Below, piece by piece: positions 16,273 through 24,398 of a stretch of DNA of 64,000 nucleotides; position 1 is the first letter of the stretch; each line of letters begins with the position of its first letter. A model generated the notes under the pieces. It did no database searches, had not been told where the DNA came from, and saw nothing but the letters and a program-made list of their open reading frames with translations. The DNA is from Nanobdellota archaeon (lineage in GTDB: Archaea > Nanobdellota > Nanobdellia > Pacearchaeales > GW2011-AR1): NCBI GenBank assembly GCA_018830525.1, contig JAHJSH010000035.1, positions 5,582 through 69,581 of the forward strand, given 5' to 3'. The position numbers were made by a program, and so were the translations under genes.

Positions 16273-16581
16273 TTAGAGGGTGGAGCGTTCACTTAGGTCT
16301 CTGAAGAACATTCCAATTTCTTCTGCGGTGGCTTGGGAGCTAATCATTGAGTCGAGTTCTTTTCTTAGGTAAGGACGTATAATCATTGTCGCCCATAACT
16401 CCCTGATTTCGAATCTTTCCACTTCATCGGCATGTATACTGATTCTGGCTCCGTCGAAGATTCTTCCGCAATCATTGAATCTCCCGATCTGGATGGTAAT
16501 GTTTTCCCCTTCTGTAGAGAGATAAGATGTTTCGAAATCTTTTTCAGTACATCGGATGTTGCGTTTTAGTTTCTTACTCAT
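16273..16581 (-). CDS. hypothetical protein
   Basis: AAGGAGATTACC before the ATG. 102 aa. Confidence 0.5.
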   Translation of the reverse strand: MSKKLKRNIRCTEKDFETSYLSTEGENITIQIGRFNDCGRIFDGARISIHADEVERFEIRELWATMIIRPYLRKELDSMISSQATAEEIGMFFRDLSERSTL

Positions 16582-16748
16582 GGTAATCTCCTTATCTAAA
16601 TGTTATGAATGTTTTTGAAAATGAGTCCGACTTACCAACCTTAAGAGAATAGAACAGAAAGGAAATCCAAAGTTCTATCTCGTATTAGCAGGAATTCGGT
16701 CGGACTCTCCAAGTATAGGCGCATGTGCTGTAGCGCATGGTCAGATGA

Positions 16749-16871
16749 TTATTCTTTGGTGTTTTCTTTAGCGGGTGGTTCTGGCTGTTCGTCATAAGAT
16801 TCGATTGGGTCTTTGAATTCTTCCGATTCGTGTTCCTGTTCCTCGATTGTTTCTTTTTTGTTCTTTGACAT
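16749..16871 (-). CDS. 40-aa acidic protein (below the ORF-track cutoff)
   Basis: AAGGAGATTTACA before ATG 16871. Preferred over the overlapping 16792..16983 ORF, which lacks an SD. Confidence 0.4.
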   Translation of the reverse strand: MSKNKKETIEEQEHESEEFKDPIESYDEQPEPPAKENTKE

Positions 16872-16892
16872 TGTAAATCTCCTTATCTTTTG

Positions 16893-17003
16893 TTAACATA
16901 AACTGATGTAGGCTGCGATAACGATTATCACGAAGCCTGTTGGATTGTTTGCGACTCGTTCTTCGAAGGCACATTTTAACCAATTGTAAATTAAATTCTT
17001 CAT
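16893..17003 (-). CDS. 36-aa membrane peptide
   Basis: AAGGGGGGAAAAACT before ATG 17003. MKNLIYNWLKCAFEERVANNPTGFVIIVIAAYISLC. Confidence 0.3.
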   Translation of the reverse strand: MKNLIYNWLKCAFEERVANNPTGFVIIVIAAYISLC

Positions 17004-17023
17004 AGTTTTTCCCCCCTTGTTGT

Positions 17024-17251
17024 TTAGGATTGAAGAAGTTTCTTTAGTTTGTGAACCATGTTCCAAATAGGTTCTGATTCATCACTCCTATCGCCAAGTC
17101 CATTTTCTCGGTTAGAGATGATTTGGTCCCAGAGTTTTAACAGAATGTATTTTAGTTCTCCCATGCAATAAGGCGTGCCTTTCACTAACTTTCGATTGGG
17201 AGGTAAAATCTCTTTCATCGTTTTAAGTTCTCGTTCGTTGAAAATATACAT
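17024..17251 (-). CDS. hypothetical protein (first gene of the SD-type array)
   Basis: AAGGAGATTTACC before the ATG. 75 aa. Confidence 0.5.
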   Translation of the reverse strand: MYIFNERELKTMKEILPPNRKLVKGTPYCMGELKYILLKLWDQIISNRENGLGDRSDESEPIWNMVHKLKKLLQS

Positions 17252-17270
17252 GGTAAATCTCCTTATTATA

Positions 17271-17437
17271 CGTATTCCGTTAGAAATACTGGTTAAAATT
17301 GTTTAGAATTTATGTGGAAAACCTTATATTAGGTATTCCGGTTGATTTTAGTAAATTTGACAGAAAGTTCACTTAGATAGAATTCTTTGGTCGTACCTTA
17401 TTCCGTAGCTATTTCCTAGCTTTTGGAGGTATTTCCT
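17271..17437 (+). promoter_or_regulatory. iteron cluster 1 (GTATTCCG-type motif, five copies)
   Basis: cgtattccg 17271, ggtattccg 17332, cttattccg 17397, ctatttcct 17409, ggtatttcct 17428, all in one orientation. An AT-rich stretch follows to 17587. Confidence 0.5.
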
Positions 17438-17587
17438 TGCCTAAATTTTTATTTTAGGTCTTTGTTTCCACGAGGTTTCTGGTGTGTTAATGAATTTAAT
17501 ATTTTTGAGGTATTAAATTGTTGTCTATGGATCTCTATTGAGATGATGTGTGGAAGTGTTTAAATTTTTGATATTTGTAAATGTGAT

Positions 17588-19543
17588 TTAATGATTGGAT
17601 AGTCGTATTAATTTCTTCCAACCTTTTTGATATTTAATCTCTTCGATTTTGATTAATCCTTTATCTTGCAAAGCAGTTTTTGTTTGAGTTCCTTTCCTTG
17701 CAGAAAGTCCGACTTGTTGGTATACTTCAACTGTGCTTAGCATATGATCTGGATTTGTTCGCAAGAATTCCATGAAGACTTGCTCGTTAGCGTTTAAGCT
17801 ATCATTTTCAGAGTCATTTTCCTTTTTAAATGTTACTACTAGCCGGTTCTCAAAAACTTTGTTGACTACCTTAATGATGTCGTTACTAGTGTAGTTTCCT
17901 TGAGTCTTACTTTGTTCTAGGATCTTTTCGATGTCTTCTAATTCGATTCCTTGTGCTAAGTATCCTTTAACAAACTTATAAAGAGTTCGCTGAACTTCGG
18001 TGAAGCCTTCAATCATTTCTGGTTGTTCTACAACTGGCACCCTCACAGATTTACGGTTTGTATTGGTTGGGGCAGACCCTTTGTCCTCGACAATTTTAAC
18101 TTTAGTAATAGGTGCAGGATTTTCAATAGCCTTGTTAAATTTTGAGTCTATGTTTTCAGCATATTCTTTTTCCATTATCATTGCTTGCATTCTTCCCTTG
18201 ATATCTTCATCAGTTACGTTGTAATTTCGTATTTCTGCATAAGGAACTTCGATTAAGAAAGGTGCATTAAAACGTTCTGAAAGCTTTACAATTGCGCTTC
18301 CTACAGGTAAACTTGAAAAGTAGTGTCTCTGGTCTCTTAATTGCATTATGTCGCTTACATCTTGAATATCTTGGGGTAATTGCTGTTGGAATGCGATGTG
18401 ACATGCGCTGTTTCCCTTAACCGTGTCTGAAATTTTTGAGATATGCTGGTCAAGACAGATAAGACTTGTTCCATACTCTCGCATTTCTCGGTAAATCATA
18501 TCAGTTACAGATTCGTTAGAGAAGTTTGTAGGTTTCTTTAAGAAAATATTATGTGCTTCGTCAACAATGATTGCGTGATCGAAACCATTTCTTACATGAT
18601 TTTGTTCTGCTTTCTTTAGTTTGTAGATATAGGTTAATACGAATTCACAAAAGAATTTCTTTTCGATGTTACCTAAAGAGTTAAGCTCGAAAATGACCTT
18701 TTTGTCTAGTAATTCTTCAACTGTGAAAGAGTTTTTACCTTTGTAATTTACCGTCTTTCCGAATTCTCCAAAAGTCATAACTGTTGCGATTCTAAGGGCT
18801 GATTCTAACCAACCTGCTTCTCGGCCGTTGATTTTTTCTAACTTTTCCTCTAATCGCCATTTAAGGTGGTTCCATGTGGGGTAGTTTTCGGAACCGTTAT
18901 AAATTCCCCATTCCTTGAAAGCCTCGTCGAGAGTTTCTAAAAGAACTTTATGTACACCGAATGATGTAGAGAAACTTTCTGTTAAAAGGTCGCATAAAAC
19001 GTTGATCCATTCCTTTGGCGCTACGCCTTTTGGCGGTCTGTTAATATTTGTCTTGAATAAATTGCTCACTTGATCATCACCGATTGTGAAAAGCATTACT
19101 TCTGCGTTTGATTTTATTAAAGGTCTGAATGATTTTTTCCAATCGAAGATTAAGAATTTTTTGTCTTGAGTGTTTAGAGCTTCAATTACTTTGAATGCGA
19201 AAGTTGTTTTACCTGAACCTGACATACCTGTAATACACATGTGTCGTGGCCAGTCTTGTTCTCGTAATTTGAATGGGAAAAGTTTCTTTTGTGCATAACT
19301 TACTGTTGCAAGTTCGTAATTTCCGTCAATTAATTCTTCTCTTGGAGGTTCTAAAAGTACTCCTTTGTCTAAAAGTTTATTCAAATTTTTCTGATAAAGT
19401 GCGTTAAGAATATGAACGATTTCATCTCGTTCTTCTCGACTTTCTGCAACGGTATACTGGAAGTATATTTCGTCAACTTTCTTACCGAAGACAGGTCTAA
19501 GCTTGTTACAAATGTCTTCTACAGTTAATGGTCTCTGCATCAT
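17588..19543 (-). CDS. HerA/FtsK-superfamily (DUF87-like) P-loop ATPase with C-terminal winged-helix-like domain
   Basis: Walker A GMSGSGKTT and Walker B AIIVDEAH. 651 aa. Its ATG abuts the stop of the upstream gene. Confidence 0.7.
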   Translation of the reverse strand: MMQRPLTVEDICNKLRPVFGKKVDEIYFQYTVAESREERDEIVHILNALYQKNLNKLLDKGVLLEPPREELIDGNYELATVSYAQKKLFPFKLREQDWPRHMCITGMSGSGKTTFAFKVIEALNTQDKKFLIFDWKKSFRPLIKSNAEVMLFTIGDDQVSNLFKTNINRPPKGVAPKEWINVLCDLLTESFSTSFGVHKVLLETLDEAFKEWGIYNGSENYPTWNHLKWRLEEKLEKINGREAGWLESALRIATVMTFGEFGKTVNYKGKNSFTVEELLDKKVIFELNSLGNIEKKFFCEFVLTYIYKLKKAEQNHVRNGFDHAIIVDEAHNIFLKKPTNFSNESVTDMIYREMREYGTSLICLDQHISKISDTVKGNSACHIAFQQQLPQDIQDVSDIMQLRDQRHYFSSLPVGSAIVKLSERFNAPFLIEVPYAEIRNYNVTDEDIKGRMQAMIMEKEYAENIDSKFNKAIENPAPITKVKIVEDKGSAPTNTNRKSVRVPVVEQPEMIEGFTEVQRTLYKFVKGYLAQGIELEDIEKILEQSKTQGNYTSNDIIKVVNKVFENRLVVTFKKENDSENDSLNANEQVFMEFLRTNPDHMLSTVEVYQQVGLSARKGTQTKTALQDKGLIKIEEIKYQKGWKKLIRLSNH

Positions 19544-19544
19544 T

Positions 19545-19979
19545 TTATTCTTCTAGGATTCCCTTAAGCATATCTGCTCGGGATTCCTTTTGATTTAGTT
19601 CTCTTTCTTGTTCTCGAAGTTCTTTCTTCAATAGTGCAATATCTCTCCAACAACCCACCTTCTCGTTAAGTTGGATTTCAGAAATGTCAATTTGTTTTTT
19701 TCTAAGTTCAGATCTTTCTCGTGCGAACTCAGAATCGTCTTCACCTTTTGGTGCGTTTTCCATTAAAAAATTATTAATATTAGATTTCATCTTTTCACCC
19801 TCTTTGATAAAAGTGTTACTAAGAACTGTTCTTTCTTTAATGAGGTATTCGATTTCTTCGACGGTCTCTTTCAAGGAATCTACTTTCGCTTTTCCTACAG
19901 AATTAAATCCTTCAGACGTATTCCAGGTATTTCCTGAAACGTATTCCGGAGATATTCCGCTTGTAATTGGGTTTTCCAT
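19545..19979 (-). CDS. coiled-coil protein coupled to the ATPase
   Basis: AAAGATTTATAAACC (BRE/TATA) lies about 24 nt upstream of the ATG, so likely leaderless. Heptad-rich E/K sequence. Confidence 0.55.
   Translation of the reverse strand: MENPITSGISPEYVSGNTWNTSEGFNSVGKAKVDSLKETVEEIEYLIKERTVLSNTFIKEGEKMKSNINNFLMENAPKGEDDSEFARERSELRKKQIDISEIQLNEKVGCWRDIALLKKELREQERELNQKESRADMLKGILEE
19917..19959 (+). promoter_or_regulatory. iteron cluster 2 (same motif, four copies in 43 nt) inside the 5' end of CDS 19545..19979
   Basis: cgtattcca 19917, ggtatttcc 19926, cgtattccg 19940, gatattccg 19951. The copies fall in different codon phases. Confidence 0.5.
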
Positions 19980-20149
19980 AATAAATAGACTAAAAAAGGG
20001 TTTATAAATCTTTCTATTTGTTGTATCTTTGAAGGGGTAACAATTGTCTTACGGCAAAGCCGTACGTGAAAATCAGTTGCGCTTAATTCGCAATTTGCAT
20101 TTGCAAATCGTTATTTTTGGCAAAAGCGAATTGCTCACGCTTGCTGCGA

Positions 20150-21271
20150 TTATTGGAAAACAATGATGTCTCTAGAAATAAATTGATCTTCACGTGATTC
20201 AAGAATAGGTTTCATAACGACTTCTAAGCCAGTTTTTTGAGCAATTTTGGGCGTATCTACGTGTAAATTGTTAACTACAGGGAAGGTTATAGCTATTTTT
20301 GCCTTGGACTTTTTAACGTTTTTAAGCTTTGAAAGAATGGGTATGATATATGCTTCAAAATTTTGAATGATTTGTTTGGCCTCATTATTGTTTGGTTTTT
20401 TTCTTAAAATTCTTCCAAGAGGAGTTTCGGTAGCGATTGCAACGAATTGTAGGTCTGGAGCTTTTCGTGAGTCTAGGTTTTCTATCTTAAAATTGTTTTT
20501 TATGGCATATTTTTCTTTTATCCAATCTAAATTTTTCTCAGCATCGATTGTTGCTTGTTTATCTTTATCAATTCCATATACATTTATACCTTTTATGAGT
20601 GCTTCCTGAAGTATACCTCCGATTCCGCAGAAAGGATCTAGGAGTAAATCTCGTGGTTTTGCTTCGGAAAGATTAATTAGGATTTTTGATAATCTTGGGG
20701 AAATTGCTAGTTGTTCTCGACGGACGGGTTTGTTCATATCACGTTCTTTAATCTTATGATAATCATAATCTTGTGTTGCTAGGCCGAAATAGATTTTATC
20801 TTTAACTGCGTGGAAAAATAGGTAGAAATCCGCGTTTGGAAGTTCAAGTTTTTTGCCTTCTTGCATCATCATTCTTTGTCTCCCGTGTTTTAGTATCGCT
20901 TTTTTCTTTTCTTTTCTGAATTTTTCTTTTAGGATTTCAGAGTCTAAATTTCCGAATATTCCGTATGTAAACTTATCCGCCGGAACTAGTTCATTATTTT
21001 TCATGAATTCTCTTAACTCTTTTTCTTCGCCTTCGCAGAGTATTTGTCCTAATTTTAAAACTCCTCCAAATTCCTGGATGTCGAACTTTTCTCCCTCGTT
21101 TGTTTCTAGGATGAATAGGTTTTCTTCGAATAGAATTTCTTTATGTTCTCGATTTCTCGCCCGCATATAAGCTAGAATCTCTTCTCGAGATAGTTTGGGG
21201 TTACGTCCTAGGATAAAAAATACCCTCATAGATTTAGGGTTATTATTGATTGGGGCACGTTGTGTTTTCAT
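20150..21271 (-). CDS. SAM-dependent RNA methyltransferase, Trm11/Trm-G10 (UPF0020)-like
   Basis: Motif I DPFCGIGGILQEA. The N-terminal domain resembles THUMP-like modules. The position of the usual DPPYG reads ETPLG. Confidence 0.5.
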   Translation of the reverse strand: MKTQRAPINNNPKSMRVFFILGRNPKLSREEILAYMRARNREHKEILFEENLFILETNEGEKFDIQEFGGVLKLGQILCEGEEKELREFMKNNELVPADKFTYGIFGNLDSEILKEKFRKEKKKAILKHGRQRMMMQEGKKLELPNADFYLFFHAVKDKIYFGLATQDYDYHKIKERDMNKPVRREQLAISPRLSKILINLSEAKPRDLLLDPFCGIGGILQEALIKGINVYGIDKDKQATIDAEKNLDWIKEKYAIKNNFKIENLDSRKAPDLQFVAIATETPLGRILRKKPNNNEAKQIIQNFEAYIIPILSKLKNVKKSKAKIAITFPVVNNLHVDTPKIAQKTGLEVVMKPILESREDQFISRDIIVFQ

Positions 21272-21295
21272 AAAGATAGAATGATTTTAGGGTTT

Positions 21296-21841
21296 TTAAG
21301 CCTTAACTGGGGCTTTGATTGTTTCAGTTCGGACCTTGCAAGGTAATCTTGCTTTGACTGCTCTAATTAGCTTTCGCGCTTCGACTTCGGCTTTTGGAGT
21401 TTTGATTCCTAAGATGAAAAGAACTTGATTTGGTTTTACTAATGCTGCTCGACCCATTGTCTTTCCGAAAGATCGGCTCATACCAGTCTGCATACGATCG
21501 GCTCCTGCACCAGTAAGCATTTTATTTTCTCGTTGAATGTGATGAGGATAAATTTGTACACCTAAATAGAATTCCTTTCCCATTTTTGTCTGAAGAAATC
21601 GGTTGAAATACTGTCTAACAGCTTCGATAGAATTGTCTCTAACTTGGCAGTTTTCCTTAGAAATTACATGAATCTGAATCTTATATTCTCCTTTGTCAAA
21701 TCCCTTTATGTCGCCCATTTTGAACTTGACGATTTTTGAATTTGGGACTGTTTTGATGTAAGAAGTTGCGCTCTTTTTGGACTTACGAGTGTAAGGTCTT
21801 GCATATCTCTTGCTGTATGCTGATGCTTTTCTAAGCGCCAT
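21296..21841 (-). CDS. rpl10e: 50S ribosomal protein L10e (uL16)
   Basis: MALRKASAYSKRYARPYTRKSK... and ...GADRMQTGM... are typical of archaeal/eukaryal L10e. GAGGT SD inside the operon. Confidence 0.9.
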   Translation of the reverse strand: MALRKASAYSKRYARPYTRKSKKSATSYIKTVPNSKIVKFKMGDIKGFDKGEYKIQIHVISKENCQVRDNSIEAVRQYFNRFLQTKMGKEFYLGVQIYPHHIQRENKMLTGAGADRMQTGMSRSFGKTMGRAALVKPNQVLFILGIKTPKAEVEARKLIRAVKARLPCKVRTETIKAPVKA

Positions 21842-21842
21842 T

Positions 21843-22109
21843 TTAGTTTACCTCTACCCCTGTTCCAATTGCTTGGCCTGGCAAACCTTTTTCGAAGATT
21901 GCTCGAACGACGCCGTTTCCACCGTGTGCTGAAGAAATTTTACCTGAGATGATTGTTGGTTCCTTACCTGTGGATTTCCATGCCACGTTTTTACCTACAA
22001 ACTTTGTTGCTTTTTCTCGAGAATCTACGCCCGGAATTTCTATAAGGAAGTGTCTAGCTTTTTGAGTCTTTCGTCCTTGTCTAAATTGTATAACAGTTGC
22101 AGTAACCAT
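21843..22109 (-). CDS. rpl35ae: 50S ribosomal protein L35Ae (eL33)
   Basis: 88 aa. ...SREKATKFVGKNVAWKS...GKISSAHGGNGVVRAIFEKGLPGQAIG is the characteristic L35Ae pattern, a family found in archaea and eukaryotes. Confidence 0.85.
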   Translation of the reverse strand: MVTATVIQFRQGRKTQKARHFLIEIPGVDSREKATKFVGKNVAWKSTGKEPTIISGKISSAHGGNGVVRAIFEKGLPGQAIGTGVEVN

Positions 22110-22210
22110 AGTAAGTTAAGTGAAAAATTGGTTTATAAAACTTACTGCGCAAGTTTCTAAACGTATATGATTTTGGTTTATCTAGTTCTGGTGAAGCATA
22201 AATTTATTCT

Positions 22211-24067
22211 TTAATAGATTAGTTCGAATTCGCCGAATATCTTCTTTAAAGTTTCTAGCGATTTGAAATCGATCTTTGTTTCTTTGTTTCTATTTTCTGT
22301 GAGTTGTTCTTGGATTTCATTAGGGTCTGCTTTTACAAGTTTATTTCCCGATAATTTTTGGATTTTTTGTTCTTGAACTACGAAAGTGTTTTTCAAGAAA
22401 AATATCTCGGCGTTCATGTCTTTACCCTTGAGAATAAATCGCGATCGTTCTATTGAAGCTAATTCGCATCTTTGGGTATATTCTATTAGTGCGCTTGTTA
22501 TTTCGGCTGCAATTTTTCTTGCGTTGTCAACATCCCTTGACTGTTCTTGAGTAAGATTATCTTTCTTCTTACCCTTTCCTTGTTTTACTTTTGCTACTTC
22601 TCTTTTTGTCTTAGCAATTATCTTTAAATTTTCTAAGAATCTTGGGGGGAATTTTCCTTCCTTGATTAGGGTTTCATCAAATTCTTTTATGATTGCCCCT
22701 TCAGATTTCTTCTTTAGAAGCGAGCCGAGCATTCCAAAAACATCATTGTAAATTTCTTCGATTGATTTTTCTTGGACTCGTTTCTCAATTTGTTCTCTTA
22801 ACTCTTTTAATCTTTTAATGTAGTCTACCGCATTTTTAGATAATCTATCCAGCTCTTTACCATCGACGTCCCCGGGTTTTAGTTTTCCGTGTTCGTAGGC
22901 CTTCCACACCTTAATTACAATTTCATCGAGGATGTCTGCATATTTTGATTCTACCATTTTTTCTTTTTCAACAAAGATTTCTCTGAATAATTTTACTGTT
23001 TCGTAAACGTTTGGTGGTGATTGTCCGTAAAGCATTAGTAAACCTTGCGTTGGAGTTGAAATTCCCCAGAAAAGATCTAATGTTGCAACATCAAAAATTC
23101 TTTTTTGTACCGTTTCTTTAAGTTTGTTTCCGGAAGACATGAACATATCGATAGCTTCGGGGCTTGGTTTGATTTTTCCCATTCGAAGAAGAGATTTCCA
23201 GGGGAGGAAAGTTCCTCGGTCATATAATGGAATTCCGTCTCTGATGAATGTGAAGAAAACGGGGTGTGCGTCTTTTACTCCATCCCAGAACTCAGTCATT
23301 AGCCAAATCTGGACGTTTAATGTGTTTTTGTTTACTCCAGAAATTGCTTCAGCTTCGGAGATATATGAATAGATTATTCCCCGTAATTTTTCTTTGAGCT
23401 CCATTCTCGGCATTCTTTTTACGTCGGTGTCGTCGATAATTATCGCTACATCAACATCAGAATCTTTTTTTGTCGTCCCGGTTGTAAGTGATCCACCCAT
23501 TACGTAAGAGGTTACATATTTCTCGAATTTCTTTAGGACTAATGATTTGTGGATTTGTGCAACTCGGAGATGGCTTAGAATTCCTTTGTCTATAATTGGA
23601 AACGACATAGATAATGCCTCGAAGACTTCGAATTTTGAATCAAGTCCAAGGTTCCATAAGTCTACTGGAGTCATTACATGAACCCAAAATTTTTCATTGA
23701 TCTTTCTTGCTGCACTGATTGCATCTAATCGAATTTTTCCGATGTTTTTGAATTGTGTTTCGGGGATAACTGTTAAGATATGAATCAATCCTCGCTTTGC
23801 GTCTTCCTCGGAAATTTCATATTCCTCTTCAATTCTTTTCGCTGCTTGTGCCGGAATGATTCCAATAGCCTCGATACTTTTAACCTTTTTAGAAATTTCT
23901 TCCTTAAACTTTCCAATCTCTTTCTGAGTTTTATCCATCTTTTTCTTTAGGGCTTCGTCTACCTGATTAGTCATGGGTAGATCTCCCACTTTTCCTTTTG
24001 GGACGTAGTCTTTTGCCAAATTCTGTTCTACGGATTCTTCGTCAGAAGAAGATTTGTGTTCTTCCAT
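22211..24067 (-). CDS. Pol-beta-superfamily nucleotidyltransferase domain protein
   Basis: GGSLTTGTTKKDSDVDVAIIIDD (GS ... D.D motif) in the middle of a 618-aa K/E-rich protein. TATA about 25 nt upstream. Confidence 0.5.
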   Translation of the reverse strand: MEEHKSSSDEESVEQNLAKDYVPKGKVGDLPMTNQVDEALKKKMDKTQKEIGKFKEEISKKVKSIEAIGIIPAQAAKRIEEEYEISEEDAKRGLIHILTVIPETQFKNIGKIRLDAISAARKINEKFWVHVMTPVDLWNLGLDSKFEVFEALSMSFPIIDKGILSHLRVAQIHKSLVLKKFEKYVTSYVMGGSLTTGTTKKDSDVDVAIIIDDTDVKRMPRMELKEKLRGIIYSYISEAEAISGVNKNTLNVQIWLMTEFWDGVKDAHPVFFTFIRDGIPLYDRGTFLPWKSLLRMGKIKPSPEAIDMFMSSGNKLKETVQKRIFDVATLDLFWGISTPTQGLLMLYGQSPPNVYETVKLFREIFVEKEKMVESKYADILDEIVIKVWKAYEHGKLKPGDVDGKELDRLSKNAVDYIKRLKELREQIEKRVQEKSIEEIYNDVFGMLGSLLKKKSEGAIIKEFDETLIKEGKFPPRFLENLKIIAKTKREVAKVKQGKGKKKDNLTQEQSRDVDNARKIAAEITSALIEYTQRCELASIERSRFILKGKDMNAEIFFLKNTFVVQEQKIQKLSGNKLVKADPNEIQEQLTENRNKETKIDFKSLETLKKIFGEFELIY

Positions 24068-24215
24068 AATTTAATGTTGGAAATTTCATATATAAATGTA
24101 ACTACTATTAATTAATAAGAAATATGGCCCCTATTCGCAATCATGTCTTCAGAAGATAATCAGTTGTTGAAGACCTAATTGCTCACCAAGAAAGAACTAC
24201 GTTCGATTCGGAAGT

Positions 24216-24259
24216 ATGGCCCCACCAAGAATCGAACTTGGGTCTGCTCGGTGTAAACG
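24216..24259 (-). repeat. orphan copy of the 3' 43 nt of tRNA-Val plus 1 flanking nt (att-like)
   Basis: Exact 44-bp match to 31916-31959 (atggccccaccaagaatcgaacttgggtctgctcggtgtaaacg). Sequences diverge on both sides. Confidence 0.9.
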
Positions 24260-24398
24260 TAGATTATGGATAGACTACATCGGTATTTGTCGTCGATAAA
24301 ACCAGTTCAAAGTTTAAATACCCGTCGATGAAAGTTAATAAATGTTTCGTGTGGTTGGAATTGTAATACTCTCAAAAAGTACGCCACAACTGAACGAA

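Noticed and set aside
1-17251. Alternative genetic code (UGA sense, code 4 or 25) for block A, prompted by the in-frame TGA at 3160-3162.
   Set aside because: TGA terminates at least two well-formed SD-led ORFs (for example 1196..1627 and 3333..3881) at sensible lengths. Only one in-frame case was seen.
20040-20150. GC-richer segment with hairpin tacggc-aaa-gccgta and inverted repeat aattcgc...gcgaatt, downstream of the methyltransferase gene.
   Set aside because: It is most simply a terminator or 3' UTR. There is no ORF, no tRNA-like fold and no repeat partner elsewhere in the window.
22211-24067. Class I CCA-adding enzyme. The idea arose because none of the tRNA genes encode CCA.
   Set aside because: Only the generic GS...D.D nucleotidyltransferase motif is present. 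Downstream CCA-enzyme landmarks were not recognisable and the domain order differs.
24124-24131. A possible third partial copy (atggcccc) of the tRNA-Val 3' end, 85 nt before the 44-bp repeat.
   Set aside because: Only 8 nt match, and the following bases do not align with the tRNA.
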